Both the position numbers and the translations under genes were made by a program. Shown one piece after another: positions 7,054 through 16,632 of a stretch of DNA of 32,000 bases. Numbering within the stretch: position 1 is the stretch's first letter; each line of letters opens with the position of its first letter. The stretch covers positions 1 to 32,000 of the forward strand of contig NZ_SNUY01000008.1 of NCBI RefSeq assembly GCF_004376175.1, given 5' to 3'. The notes below the pieces were generated by a model. It searched no databases. It had not been told where the DNA came from and saw only the letters and a program-made list of their open reading frames with translations. Origin of the DNA: Halalkalibacterium halodurans. GTDB taxonomy: Bacteria; Bacillota; Bacilli; Bacillales; Bacillaceae_D.

Positions 7054-9375
7054 TTGGCTTCCCGAATCATTTTCCTCTTCTCTTTATTGATCATGCTAGG
7101 CCTCGCTACTGGCTTGCGGGGCTTTAGTGCCCTCCTCGGATTCCTCGCGTTCCTTCTACTCCTGATCATTGTCTGTCAACAATATCGGCGTTTTCTGCTT
7201 CTTTTTCTAGCGATCCTTCTCTTTTTATGTGCTTGGTTGTACGGAGTCGTCCAAGAAAGGCAAAACGAGACGCAACTAAATCCGTTAGTTCAAAGCGTGG
7301 AAGGGACGCTCATTTCTGATCCAGAATTGGACGGGGACCAATTTTCTGCGACCGTAAAAACAACAGATGGTGAAAAAGTGCTCATTAGAGGAAGGGTCCA
7401 AGCTGAAGCGGAGAAAGATAAACTGGAAATGACGCAAATAGGGATGGTCTGCTCGTTCGTTGGCCAGTTAGAGATACCTAGTGAACCGACGAACCCATAC
7501 CAATTTAATTACAGGCAGTTTTTAGATAATAATCGAATCCATTGGATATTTCGTACCGATTTAACGCAATGGCAGTGTAGTGACCAGCCCACGACTCTTT
7601 TTATGAAGGTAAAACGCTGGCGGAGCGAACAATTGCAAGACATTTATGACTTGGCATCCGATGAAACAGCAGGATTAATTGCAGCTTTCGTCTACGGTGA
7701 TCGAAGTGAACTTGACAGCGAGCTACTATCTGCATACCAGTCATTAGGGGTCATCCATTTACTTGCGGTATCAGGGCTTCATGTTGGACTCGTGGTCGCA
7801 GCTGTTTTTTATCTTTTCATCCGGCTCGGTGTTACACGTGAAAGAGCGTATGAGTTGCTCCTATTGTTTCTCCCCTTTTATGCCATTGTCGCAGGGGCGG
7901 CACCTTCAGTTGTTCGCGCGGTAGGGATGACGATGACTGTTTTATTAGCACTCCGTTTTCAAAAGCGATTGGCGCCGATAATCGTCCTTTCTTTAGTTGC
8001 CGTCATTTACATCATTATTGAACCATACGCGATTTTCCAATTAGGCTTCCAGCTCTCCTTTTTAACGACGTGTGCGCTGCTTCTTTCATCCTCCACCTTA
8101 TTGCAAGCAATCAATCGACCGTTGCTCTCCTTGGTAAAAGTCACGTTCCTCGCCCAACTGATCTCCATGCCTGTTATTTTGTATCACTTTTTTGAACTGC
8201 CCATCCTCTCTGTTCCTCTCAATCTTCTCTTTGTACCCGTTGTCTCTTTTGTTCTTTTGCCGTTAAGCTTTTTCGTTGCAAGCTCGCTATTGATACATCC
8301 AGGGGTTGCTGAGCTTCCCTTATTCATTCTTGAGATCATTGTGCCAATCGTCCATCAGCTTCTTTTGGTTTTAAACGAACAATCGTTTGCCGCTGTTGTC
8401 ATTGGAAAGCCGTCACTAAATAGCGTTTTTCTAATGATGATCAGCTTGATCATTGGTTGGGCATGGCTTGAACGAAAGGAACCATTCAAAGCCTGGGGTG
8501 CTTTTTCGGTCGTATTATTTCTTATCGCTTGGCAAATTTATTCCCCGTATTGGAGCAATGAAGCCATAGTAACTATGATTGATGTTGGTCAAGGGGACAG
8601 CTTTTTGATTGAGCTTCCAAGAAGAAAGGCGGTTTATATGATTGATACCGGTGGATGGGTAACCTATGGGGAAATGGAGCCGTGGCAAGAACGGCGTAAC
8701 ACGAGAGATATTGGTGAGCAAGTACTGACACCGATTTTGAAGGGGAAAGGGATACGTGGGATCGATAAATTAATTTTAACCCACGGACATGAGGACCATT
8801 TTGGCGGAGCTGAAGGACTGGTCCGATCCATAAAGGTGGATGAAGTCGTCTATGGATACAAACATGCCGAATACACCGAACGGGAAATGGAAGTTTTAAG
8901 TGCGTTAAAAAAAGCAGGAGCATCAATTCGTTTCGTTAAGTCGGGTGATCAATGGGTGATAGGTTCTTCTTCCTTTCGCGTGTTATCTCCTTTTGGTGAT
9001 GAAGAGGAGCTCAACGATCAGTCGGTTGTCGTATATGCGGTAATTGAAGGGGTTCGTTTTTTGTTCACAGGTGATTTAGAGGAAGTAGGCGAGAAACGAT
9101 TGTTGGAAGGTTATGGTGATCTAAAGGCAGATGTGTTAAAGGTAGGCCATCATGGGAGTGCTACTTCAACGACTGATCCGTTTCTTGAAGCCGTTCACCC
9201 GGTGGTGGCTCTTATCTCAGCAGGCAGAAACAATCTGTATGGGCATCCAAATCAAGATGTATTGGCAGCGTTGGAGCAACATGAAACTTTTGTACTGCGG
9301 ACAGACCTCCATGGAGCTGTTAAGTTAACGATTCGGGATGGAGGGATTTACGCTCGGGTGATGACGACAGATTGA
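7054..9375 (+). CDS. comEC: ComEC DNA internalization channel (competence TM domain plus C-terminal metallo-beta-lactamase domain)
   Basis: 773-aa polytopic membrane ORF with the HLLAVSGLHVG competence-domain motif and a C-terminal MBL fold (DVGQGDS, THGHEDHFGG, KVGHHGS). TTG start with an upstream GAGGTGA. Confidence 0.92.
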   Translation: MASRIIFLFSLLIMLGLATGLRGFSALLGFLAFLLLLIIVCQQYRRFLLLFLAILLFLCAWLYGVVQERQNETQLNPLVQSVEGTLISDPELDGDQFSATVKTTDGEKVLIRGRVQAEAEKDKLEMTQIGMVCSFVGQLEIPSEPTNPYQFNYRQFLDNNRIHWIFRTDLTQWQCSDQPTTLFMKVKRWRSEQLQDIYDLASDETAGLIAAFVYGDRSELDSELLSAYQSLGVIHLLAVSGLHVGLVVAAVFYLFIRLGVTRERAYELLLLFLPFYAIVAGAAPSVVRAVGMTMTVLLALRFQKRLAPIIVLSLVAVIYIIIEPYAIFQLGFQLSFLTTCALLLSSSTLLQAINRPLLSLVKVTFLAQLISMPVILYHFFELPILSVPLNLLFVPVVSFVLLPLSFFVASSLLIHPGVAELPLFILEIIVPIVHQLLLVLNEQSFAAVVIGKPSLNSVFLMMISLIIGWAWLERKEPFKAWGAFSVVLFLIAWQIYSPYWSNEAIVTMIDVGQGDSFLIELPRRKAVYMIDTGGWVTYGEMEPWQERRNTRDIGEQVLTPILKGKGIRGIDKLILTHGHEDHFGGAEGLVRSIKVDEVVYGYKHAEYTEREMEVLSALKKAGASIRFVKSGDQWVIGSSSFRVLSPFGDEEELNDQSVVVYAVIEGVRFLFTGDLEEVGEKRLLEGYGDLKADVLKVGHHGSATSTTDPFLEAVHPVVALISAGRNNLYGHPNQDVLAALEQHETFVLRTDLHGAVKLTIRDGGIYARVMTTD

Positions 9376-9394
9376 ATTGTCATGGATAAACAAA

Positions 9395-9424
9395 AACAAC
9401 CACTTTTATCACAAAGTGGTTGTT
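9395..9424. terminator. Bidirectional terminator between comEC (+) and yqzM (-)
   Basis: AACAACCACTTT-TATCAC-AAAGTGGTTGTT forms a perfect 12-bp stem. An A-run lies upstream, serving as a T-run for the minus strand. Confidence 0.75.
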
Positions 9425-9430
9425 ACGGAT

Positions 9431-9568
9431 TAATGTCCACCAAACACATCAACTAATGTTGCAATCGTGAAAAGTACGGTGAAAAAGCCAAACACTACTG
9501 CAAATCCAACAATGGAATCAATAAAGTCGTTTTTCTTATACTGAACATCTTTCTCAAAGTGGTTCATC
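9431..9568 (-). CDS. yqzM: YqzM-family small membrane protein, 45 aa; not in the supplied ORF track
   Basis: My translation of the minus strand gives MNHFEKDVQYKKNDFIDSIVGFAVVFGFFTVLFTIATLVDVFGGH*. A strong GGAGGAG SD is present and there is one TM helix. The slot between comEC and holA is the same as yqzM in B. subtilis. Confidence 0.8.
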
Positions 9569-9760
9569 GTATCTCCTCCTTCATCGCAATTTCAGTATAA
9601 GGGATATCCCCAAAAAAATCTACCAGATTTGACAAGCTGTCGTGAGAATTGCAGGCTTGTTCATAAAATTCTCATAAACCTAGATCACTTCCCTTGGTTG
9701 CTAAGAGTTGTCACCTATAGTTTCAGGTTGCATAGGATATCATAACAACTACACAGGCGG

Positions 9761-9819
9761 TTATGATTATCGTCATAAAGAGGATGGCTCGGGGTCCTCC
9801 TTTATGACGTTTATCATAA
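9761..9819. repeat. Imperfect 59-nt inverted repeat (hairpin) made of two TTATGA-N6-TCATAA palindromes
   Basis: TTATGAttatcgTCATAA lies at 9761-9778 and TTATGAcgtttaTCATAA at 9802-9819. As RNA or DNA, about 21 bp can pair: 9761-67 with 9813-19, 9771-80 with 9800-09, and 9781-84 with 9795-98. Confidence 0.7.
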
Positions 9820-9947
9820 ATGGGGGATGGGCTTTATCTGGTTCATCTCCCTTTTCCATTCGTACCTATATGATATACTAAATTCGAACAGCTTATGTTC
9901 GTTTTTTGTATTGATGATTGGCTTGCTTTTAAAGGATGTGACCGAAA

Positions 9948-10976
9948 ATGAACTATTTAAAATTAAAGCAAGACGCCCAAGCGGGACGAGTGGCCCCTGT
10001 ATATTTTATGTATGGGACCGAGTTGTTTTTAATGGAAGACCTCATACAGGACATTTTGTCCGTAACGTTATCGGATGAGGAAAGGGATATGAATGTTTCA
10101 TCTTATTCCCTTACTGATGTTCCGATTGAGACGGCGCTCGAAGAAGCAGAAACGGTTCCTTTTTTTGGCTCGAAGCGGGTCGTGATCTTAAAAGATGCTG
10201 CCCTATTTACAAGCAAAAAGCTTGATGTTGAGCACGATGTGAAACGATTGGAGCAATACATATTGAACCCAGTTCCAGAGACGGTTTTGCTGATCATGGC
10301 CCCTTATGAAAAGCTCGATGAACGAAAAAAAATCACGAAGCTTATTAAAAAAGAGTCGATTGTTCTTGAGGCAAAGCCTTTGGACGAAGGAGAGGCAAAA
10401 GCATGGCTATCCTCACTGGCAAGCGAGCTTCAGGTGGAGATGGACGAGAAAGCTATCGACACGTTGTTAGGGATGACGGGTCTTCGCTTGACCCAATTAG
10501 CATCTGAAATGAATAAATTAGCGTTGTATGTAGGGGAAGGAGGCATCATCCGATCAGAGGACGTAACCTTGCTCGTTGCCAAAACGCTTGATCAGAACAT
10601 TTTTGATTTGATTGATTTTGCCATCAATCAGAGGACTCATCAAGCGCTCTCTCTTTACCATGAGCTCCTGAAACAAAAAGAGGAGCCATTGAAGCTGTTG
10701 GCCTTATTAACACGGCAGTTTCGCATCATGTACCAAGTCAAAGAGCTTGGACGAAGAGGATACACCCCGAATCAGATGGCGAAGCCGTTAAAAATTCATC
10801 CCTATGTTGCCAAACTTGCGGGAAAAAAAGCAGCCAGCATGTCAGACCAACTGTTATATTCCCTAATCGAAAAAGCTGCGGATACAGAGTTTGCGATTAA
10901 AAGTGGAAAGGTTGATAAAGTGCTGGCATTAGAATTGTTTTTACTCACAATGGGTTCTAGGGAGAGCGTAGGTTAG
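9948..10976 (+). CDS. holA: DNA polymerase III delta subunit
   Basis: 342-aa ORF collinear with the remembered B. subtilis HolA(YqeN). Shared blocks include PVYxxYG.E..L, APYEKLDERKK.TK, LDQNIF(D/E)LI and HP(Y/F).VKLA. Confidence 0.92.
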   Translation: MNYLKLKQDAQAGRVAPVYFMYGTELFLMEDLIQDILSVTLSDEERDMNVSSYSLTDVPIETALEEAETVPFFGSKRVVILKDAALFTSKKLDVEHDVKRLEQYILNPVPETVLLIMAPYEKLDERKKITKLIKKESIVLEAKPLDEGEAKAWLSSLASELQVEMDEKAIDTLLGMTGLRLTQLASEMNKLALYVGEGGIIRSEDVTLLVAKTLDQNIFDLIDFAINQRTHQALSLYHELLKQKEEPLKLLALLTRQFRIMYQVKELGRRGYTPNQMAKPLKIHPYVAKLAGKKAASMSDQLLYSLIEKAADTEFAIKSGKVDKVLALELFLLTMGSRESVG

Positions 10977-11004
10977 TGGACAAAGCGTAACTACCCATGA
11001 AAAA

Positions 11005-11033
11005 AAGCCTGCTCCGTTATCAAGGAGAGGCTT
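11005..11033. terminator. Bidirectional terminator between holA (+) and rpsT (-)
   Basis: AAGCCTgCTCC-GTTATCAA-GGAGAGGCTT forms a 10-bp stem with one bulge, flanked by an A-run 5' and TTTTG 3'. Confidence 0.7.
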
Positions 11034-11040
11034 TTGTCCG

Positions 11041-11307
11041 TTACGCAGAAAGTCCGTTCAATTTTTTCGCAAGGCGAGATTTTTGACGAGATGCTGCGTT
11101 TTTATGGATAAGACCTTTGTTCGCTGCTTTATCAAGCTTTTTTGTTGCTTCAACAAAAGCTGCTTTGGCCGCTTCTGCGTCGTTGTTTTCAACTTTCGCT
11201 TCAAATTGCTTAATCGCTGTGCGAAGTGCAGATTTAACAGAAGCGTTTTGAATACGACGCTTTTCGTTTGTTTTTACACGTTTAATCGCAGATTTAATAT
11301 TTGGCAT
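11041..11307 (-). CDS. rpsT: 30S ribosomal protein S20
   Basis: [18 protein letters not shown] is the canonical S20 N-terminus. The ORF is 88 aa with a GGAGGTGAAAGGGA SD. Confidence 0.96.
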   Translation of the reverse strand: MPNIKSAIKRVKTNEKRRIQNASVKSALRTAIKQFEAKVENNDAEAAKAAFVEATKKLDKAANKGLIHKNAASRQKSRLAKKLNGLSA

Positions 11308-11598
11308 TCCCTTTCACCTCCCGAATAACCATCGTTGATCTTAATGAACCGCTCGTCACAAATGGTCCGTTCGGTTTCTTTAAGAGTTGTTCAAAAAGGG
11401 TACAAGACATGTCTCATGATGACATTATTCACTTTTCGAACATAGTTAAAAAAGAAAAAGAGATCAATGTGATCATCTTGACAACAATCTGCATTCTATC
11501 AAATGCGGAAGAAAAATGCAATAGAGAATGGAATACGAATCGATAGGGAACGATAATTTTTGCAGCAATTATTTGAGAACGAAGAAGGAGTGGGAAGA

Positions 11599-12717
11599 AT
11601 GGTGAAGGAATTAAATTTAGAACAGTATAATGTACGAACTGATTTAGCCATTGAAGCTCACGATATAGTCAAGGAACAAGAAGCACAAGAAGCAAAACAG
11701 TCAGCGTCAACTGTTGAAGGTTTTGATATTGAAGAAACGGTTATGGATGGTGTAAAGGTAAGCAAAGTGGTCATTCATCCTTTAGGGGCTGAGCGTACAG
11801 GGAAAAAAGCGGGGCGCTATTTAACATTTGAATCACAAGGAATCCGAAAAAAAAATACGGACATTCAAGAAAAAATGGAGCGGGTGTTTGCCCAGCAATT
11901 TTCTCAATTTATGAGGGAGTTAGGGATCACGAAAGACCATACTTGCCTCGTGGTGGGGTTAGGAAACTGGAATGTGACCCCAGATGCCTTGGGTCCGATT
12001 ACGGTAGAAAATTTATTAGTCACGCGTCATTTATTTACTTTAGCACCAGAAGAAGTAGGGGAAGGCTTTCGACCAGTGAGTGCGATCGCTCCTGGTGTAA
12101 TGGGTGTGACAGGGATTGAGACAAGCGATGTTATTTACGGAATCATTGAACAAACAAAGCCTGATTTCGTCATTGCTGTAGATGCCCTTGCGTCACGATC
12201 GATTGAACGGGTGAATGCGACGATTCAAGTATCCGATACAGGAATCCACCCTGGTAGTGGGGTCGGGAATAAACGGAAGGAACTGAGCAAAGAAACGCTT
12301 GGAATTCCTGTTATTGCAGTTGGAATTCCGACTGTAGTAGATGCTGTTACAATTACTAGTGATGCCATTGATTACGTATTAAAGCATTTTGGCCGGGAGC
12401 TGCGGGAAGGGGAAAAGCCATCTCGAGCATTGGCTCCAGCCGGAATGACATTTGGTGAACGTCGTGAGCTAACAGATGAGGATCTGCCTCCAGAAGAAAA
12501 GCGAAAGACATTTCTTGGGATGATGGGCACGTTACCTGAGGGAGAGAAGCGGCAGCTCATTCAAGAAGTGTTGGCTCCCCTCGGTCATAATTTAATGGTC
12601 ACTCCTAAGGAAGTGGATGTCTTTATTGAAGATATGGCGAATGTCATTGCCTCTGGCTTGAATGCTGCTCTACATCAAGGGGTCAATCAAGACAATGTGG
12701 GAGCGTACACCCATTAA
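11599..12717 (+). CDS. gpr: Germination protease (spore SASP endopeptidase)
   Basis: Long identical blocks match the remembered B. subtilis Gpr ([48 protein letters not shown]). I moved the start to ATG 11599, which has an AGGAG SD 8 nt upstream. Confidence 0.93.
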   Translation: MVKELNLEQYNVRTDLAIEAHDIVKEQEAQEAKQSASTVEGFDIEETVMDGVKVSKVVIHPLGAERTGKKAGRYLTFESQGIRKKNTDIQEKMERVFAQQFSQFMRELGITKDHTCLVVGLGNWNVTPDALGPITVENLLVTRHLFTLAPEEVGEGFRPVSAIAPGVMGVTGIETSDVIYGIIEQTKPDFVIAVDALASRSIERVNATIQVSDTGIHPGSGVGNKRKELSKETLGIPVIAVGIPTVVDAVTITSDAIDYVLKHFGRELREGEKPSRALAPAGMTFGERRELTDEDLPPEEKRKTFLGMMGTLPEGEKRQLIQEVLAPLGHNLMVTPKEVDVFIEDMANVIASGLNAALHQGVNQDNVGAYTH

Positions 12718-12724
12718 AATCTTT

Positions 12725-12753
12725 GGGCTCGCCAACTGGCGGGCTCTTTTTTT
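12725..12753 (+). terminator. Rho-independent terminator after gpr
   Basis: GGGCTCGCC-AACT-GGCGGGCTC forms a 9-bp stem with two G.U pairs, followed by T7. Confidence 0.75.
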
Positions 12754-12870
12754 ATTTCGTAAGCCTCCTTCTATTTGGACTTTTTCTCGCATACGGTTAT
12801 AAATAACGATCGTCCTAATCGGACGAGCTTTCGTCGCTAAGGGAAGAATGCGATAAGAAGGGGAGCAGCT

Positions 12871-13209
12871 ATGAGACAAGTGATTTTCCTTTGTGTAGCA
12901 TGTATAGTGGTTGGATTAACAGGGGCATTGTTTGGTGTGCAGCAAATGAACGAGCATCTAGGACTGTCAGAGCCCGAGCCGCTGGTTATTGAGGAGCGAC
13001 CTGAAAAACAACGTGAACCGAGCGATGAACGGCTGCAGGAGACAATGGAACTAGCGGAAAAACAAGAACGGAATGTGGAAACCGGTCAGTTTAATTTTTT
13101 CTCCGCTTTAGGTGAAGCGTTAGCAAATGGTGTCAATCAAGGGACAAGGTTCGTGTTAGCGACATTATCCTCATGGTTCCATGACGTGTTAAACGGATCT
13201 CGTTCTTGA
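12871..13209 (+). CDS. yqxA: Small membrane-anchored protein, probably YqxA-family (DUF3679-like)
   Basis: 112 aa with an N-terminal TM helix followed by FGVQQMN. It sits immediately upstream of lepA, as yqxA does in B. subtilis, and is of similar size as far as I recall. GGGGAG SD is present. The identity rests on synteny and size, not on alignment. Confidence 0.6.
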   Translation: MRQVIFLCVACIVVGLTGALFGVQQMNEHLGLSEPEPLVIEERPEKQREPSDERLQETMELAEKQERNVETGQFNFFSALGEALANGVNQGTRFVLATLSSWFHDVLNGSRS

Positions 13210-13222
13210 AATGAACAATATA

Positions 13223-13251
13223 TTGAATGATCACTTTTACGTTGCTATAAT
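13223..13251 (+). promoter_or_regulatory. SigmaA-type promoter for lepA
   Basis: TTGAAT-N17-TATAAT, located 46 nt upstream of the lepA start. Confidence 0.65.
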
Positions 13252-13296
13252 TGAAACTAGTGTATTTTTGACGATGTCGTAGGAGTGATGACGAAG

Positions 13297-15126
13297 ATGA
13301 ACAGAGAGGAACGTCTCGCTCGTCAGTCGCGAATTCGGAATTTCTCGATTATCGCCCACATTGACCATGGGAAGTCAACGTTGGCGGACCGAATTCTTGA
13401 GAAGACGAGTGCCCTCACGCAACGAGAAATGAAAGACCAGATGTTGGATGCTATGGATCTTGAGCGTGAACGGGGCATAACCATTAAGCTGAATGCAGTT
13501 CAGCTTGTTTATAAAGCGAACGATGGAAATGAGTACATTTTTCATTTAATTGATACACCAGGTCACGTGGATTTCTCATATGAAGTTTCCCGGAGTTTAG
13601 CTGCCTGTGAAGGGGCACTGCTTATTGTTGATGCGGCGCAAGGGATTGAGGCGCAAACGTTGGCCAATGTTTATTTAGCCCTCGATAATGATCTTGAAAT
13701 CCTACCGGTTATTAATAAAATTGATTTGCCGAGTGCTGAGCCTGAGCGTGTGCGCCAAGAAGTGGAGGATGTGATCGGTCTTGATGCGTCGGAAGCTGTC
13801 CTTGCTTCAGCTAAAAATGGAATTGGGATTGAAGAAATTTTAGAACAAATTGTTGAAAAAGTTCCAGCGCCGAGTGGAGATCCAGAAGGTCCGCTAAAAG
13901 CATTGATTTTCGATTCATTGTACGATTCTTATCGAGGCGTTGTTGCCTATATTCGAATTGTAGAAGGATCTGTGAAACCTGGACAAAAAATTAAAATGAT
14001 GGCAACTGGAAAAGAGTTTGAAGTTACCGAAGTGGGCGTCTTCACACCAAAGCCTGAGAAGCGGGAAGAGCTTACTGTAGGTGATGTTGGCTTTCTAACC
14101 GCTTCTATAAAAAATGTCGGTGATACTCGGGTCGGTGATACGATCACGAGCGCGAACAACCCGGCGGACGAGCCCCTTCCTGGTTATCGACGAATGAATC
14201 CGATGGTTTACTGCGGCTTATACCCAGTCGATACGAATGATTACAACGACTTGCGCGAGGCGTTAGAGCGTCTTGAATTGAACGATGCGTCATTGCAATA
14301 TGAACCTGAAACGTCACAAGCTCTCGGTTTTGGTTTTCGCTGCGGCTTCTTAGGACTTCTCCATATGGAAATCATTCAAGAGCGGATCGAGCGAGAATTT
14401 GGTATTGATTTAATTACGACGGCACCAAGCGTTGTATATAGCGTTCAACTGACGAACGGGGAAGTACAGCAAATTGATAATCCGTCTAACATGCCTGATA
14501 GGCAAAAGATTGAGGAAGTAGAAGAGCCGTATGTCAAAGCGACGATCATGGTTCCAAACGATTTTGTCGGAGCTGTCATGGAGCTTTGTCAAGGGAAGCG
14601 CGGGATTTTCATCGACATGCAATACCTTGATGAAAACAGAGTGCAAATCATTTATGAAATTCCCCTATCAGAAATCGTCTATGATTTCTTTGATCAATTA
14701 AAATCAAACACGAAAGGATACGCCTCCTTTGACTATGAATTGATCGGTTATAAGCCATCTAACTTAGTGAAAATGGACATTTTGCTGAATGGTGAAGTCG
14801 TTGATGCCCTTTCTGTCATTGTCCACCGTGACTCTGCATATGAACGAGGAAAACAAATTGTTGAAAAGCTAAAAGAACTCATCCCACGCCAGCAATTTGA
14901 GGTGCCAGTTCAAGCGAGTATTGGCACGAAAATTATTGCCCGTTCAACGATCAAAGCGATGCGTAAAAACGTATTAGCGAAATGTTACGGCGGTGACATC
15001 TCACGTAAACGGAAGCTTCTAGAAAAGCAAAAAGAAGGAAAGAAGCGAATGAAAGCTGTGGGGAATGTGGAGGTTCCACAGGAAGCATTTATGGCCGTAT
15101 TGCGTATGGATGAACCGAAAAAGTAA
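13297..15126 (+). CDS. lepA: Elongation factor 4 (LepA)
   Basis: [20 protein letters not shown] is the G1 motif, with DTPGHVDF and NKID also present, and the full length is collinear with LepA. I chose ATG 13297 by spacing from AGGAG at 13281-85. GTG 13285 and ATG 13288 are too close to the SD. Confidence 0.95.
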   Translation: MNREERLARQSRIRNFSIIAHIDHGKSTLADRILEKTSALTQREMKDQMLDAMDLERERGITIKLNAVQLVYKANDGNEYIFHLIDTPGHVDFSYEVSRSLAACEGALLIVDAAQGIEAQTLANVYLALDNDLEILPVINKIDLPSAEPERVRQEVEDVIGLDASEAVLASAKNGIGIEEILEQIVEKVPAPSGDPEGPLKALIFDSLYDSYRGVVAYIRIVEGSVKPGQKIKMMATGKEFEVTEVGVFTPKPEKREELTVGDVGFLTASIKNVGDTRVGDTITSANNPADEPLPGYRRMNPMVYCGLYPVDTNDYNDLREALERLELNDASLQYEPETSQALGFGFRCGFLGLLHMEIIQERIEREFGIDLITTAPSVVYSVQLTNGEVQQIDNPSNMPDRQKIEEVEEPYVKATIMVPNDFVGAVMELCQGKRGIFIDMQYLDENRVQIIYEIPLSEIVYDFFDQLKSNTKGYASFDYELIGYKPSNLVKMDILLNGEVVDALSVIVHRDSAYERGKQIVEKLKELIPRQQFEVPVQASIGTKIIARSTIKAMRKNVLAKCYGGDISRKRKLLEKQKEGKKRMKAVGNVEVPQEAFMAVLRMDEPKK

Positions 15127-15142
15127 CAGCGTAAATCGTGAG

Positions 15143-15181
15143 CCTCTTATAAAGCGTTGCTTTATGGGAGGTTTCCTTTTT
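15143..15181 (+). terminator. Rho-independent terminator after lepA
   Basis: CCTCTTATAAAGC-loop-GCTTTATGGGAGG forms a stem of about 12 bp including G.U pairs, followed by TTTCCTTTTT. Confidence 0.7.
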
Positions 15182-15294
15182 ATCGTGTTTAACTTGCGCT
15201 AAGGCGGTAAGGTAAGTTTTTCTAATAAGCAAAAGGTTGTTATACTATCGCATGGTATCACAAACGGTGCTGAATGGACGAAAGGAGTCACCGC

Positions 15295-16452
15295 ATGCCA
15301 AAAGCAGCTTATATTCATATCCCATTTTGTGAGCATATTTGTTACTACTGTGATTTCAATAAATTTTATTTGAAAAACCAGCCGGTAAATGAGTATTTAC
15401 AAGCTTTAGAAACAGAAATGGCGATGGTTGTTGCAGAACAGCCGACTAAATCATTGCAAACCCTCTATGTCGGTGGCGGTACACCGACCGCTTTAACGGC
15501 TGATCAGTTAGCTCAGCTGCTAGCGAGTATTAAACGGACGTTGCCTTTAAGCGATTTGGAGGAATTCACCTTTGAGGTGAACCCTGACAGCATTGATGAG
15601 GAAAAGCTCGACGTTCTTCGCTCGTACGGTGTGGATCGTTTGAGCATAGGGGTTCAAGCCTTTCAACCATTGCTTTTAAAAGAGATTGGCAGAACGCATG
15701 ATCAAAAGAGTGTGGAGCAAGCCGTTGAGAAGAGTCGGCAAGCCGGGTTTGCGAATCTATCCCTCGATTTGATGCTCGGTTTACCAAAGCAAACACCTGA
15801 GATGTTTGCGGAAACCTTAAAAGAAGCATTTGCCCTCGAGGTAGAACATTTGTCCTGTTATTCATTAAAAGTGGAGGCAAAGACGGTTTTCTACAATCGT
15901 CAACGCCAAGGACGACTGACGCTCCCGCCTGAAGACGATGAAGTGAAAATGTACAGGCAGTTGTGTTATGAGACGGAAAAACATGGATTTAAGCAATATG
16001 AAATAAGCAATTTTGCGAAAAAGGGATATGAAAGTCGGCATAATCTCGTGTATTGGAACAATGATGAATATTACGGGTTTGGCGCAGGGGCCCACGGATA
16101 TGTAGGCGGTGTTCGTTATATGAACCATGGCCCTCTGCCAAAATATTTGCAAGCCATGGAAGAAGGAAGGCGGCCTGTTTTTGAGTCCCATCATGTATCG
16201 AGAGTTGAACAAATGGAGGAGCAAATGTTTCTTGGCTTGCGAAAACGATCAGGTGTAGAGGAGCGTGTATTTGTTGAGCGCTTTGGCGTCTCGATGTTCT
16301 CCTTGTATGAGAAGCAAATCGCCCAATTGGTCGCACGCTGTTTGCTCGAGCGTACAGATGACCGTGTCCGCTTAACCGACGAGGGGCTATTATTAGGAAA
16401 TGAAGTATTCGAACAATTCTTAGCTGTATTAGACGAAGGAAAGCAGCAATGA
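15295..16452 (+). CDS. hemW: Radical SAM heme chaperone HemW / HemN-like oxygen-independent coproporphyrinogen oxidase family
   Basis: YIHIPFCEHICYYCDF contains the CxxxCxxC radical-SAM motif. The position between lepA and hrcA matches B. subtilis hemN. ATG 15295 has an AAAGGAG SD 7 nt upstream. Confidence 0.9.
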   Translation: MPKAAYIHIPFCEHICYYCDFNKFYLKNQPVNEYLQALETEMAMVVAEQPTKSLQTLYVGGGTPTALTADQLAQLLASIKRTLPLSDLEEFTFEVNPDSIDEEKLDVLRSYGVDRLSIGVQAFQPLLLKEIGRTHDQKSVEQAVEKSRQAGFANLSLDLMLGLPKQTPEMFAETLKEAFALEVEHLSCYSLKVEAKTVFYNRQRQGRLTLPPEDDEVKMYRQLCYETEKHGFKQYEISNFAKKGYESRHNLVYWNNDEYYGFGAGAHGYVGGVRYMNHGPLPKYLQAMEEGRRPVFESHHVSRVEQMEEQMFLGLRKRSGVEERVFVERFGVSMFSLYEKQIAQLVARCLLERTDDRVRLTDEGLLLGNEVFEQFLAVLDEGKQQ

Positions 16453-16479
16453 AAATTTGCTATTGATCCATCATCTACG

Positions 16480-16508
16480 TTGACAAATAGGGACCTTTTT
16501 GATAAGTT
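16480..16508 (+). promoter_or_regulatory. SigmaA promoter of the hrcA-dnaK operon
   Basis: TTGACA-N17-TAAGTT with a TG at the extended -10 position, immediately upstream of the CIRCE element. Confidence 0.6.
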
Positions 16509-16518
16509 AGCAATAGAT

Positions 16519-16545
16519 TTAGCACTCGAACTATGAGAGTGCTAA
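16519..16545 (+). promoter_or_regulatory. CIRCE operator (HrcA binding site)
   Basis: TTAGCACTC-gaactatga-GAGTGCTAA is an exact match to the consensus TTAGCACTC-N9-GAGTGCTAA. It lies 88 nt upstream of hrcA. Confidence 0.95.
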
Positions 16546-16632
16546 CAGTCGAAGGCATGAAAAACTCAATGCGATGATCACATATCACTAAGTGTCTTTA
16601 TGTGAAGCAACCTCAATAGGGGTGATATAGCC

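Noticed and set aside
9885-9901. CGAACAGCTTATGTTCG as a LexA/DinR (Cheo) SOS box upstream of holA.
   Set aside because: The Bacillus Cheo box is CGAAC-N4-GTTCG. Here the arms are separated by 7 nt, so the spacing is wrong for LexA dimer binding. It is better explained as a short hairpin followed by a T-run.
9827-10078. The 83-aa + strand ORF spanning the holA start, and mini-ORFs inside the 9761-9819 hairpin (14 aa MIIVIKRMARGPPL on +, 16 aa MTIIITACVVVMISYAT on -).
   Set aside because: The 83-aa ORF overlaps holA out of frame and has no SD. The mini-ORFs have no properly spaced SD (18 nt for the minus-strand one) and are too short to call as leader peptides or type I toxins without conservation data.
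11301-11546. The 81-aa + ORF in the rpsT-gpr spacer, the 81-aa ORF at 11083-11328 antisense to rpsT, and a tentative forespore (sigmaF/G) promoter GAATA-N17-cgATAAT near 11529-11558 for gpr.
   Set aside because: The ORFs lack an SD and overlap the rpsT start or leader. The promoter match is too loose to call by eye, even though gpr is sigmaF/G-dependent in B. subtilis.
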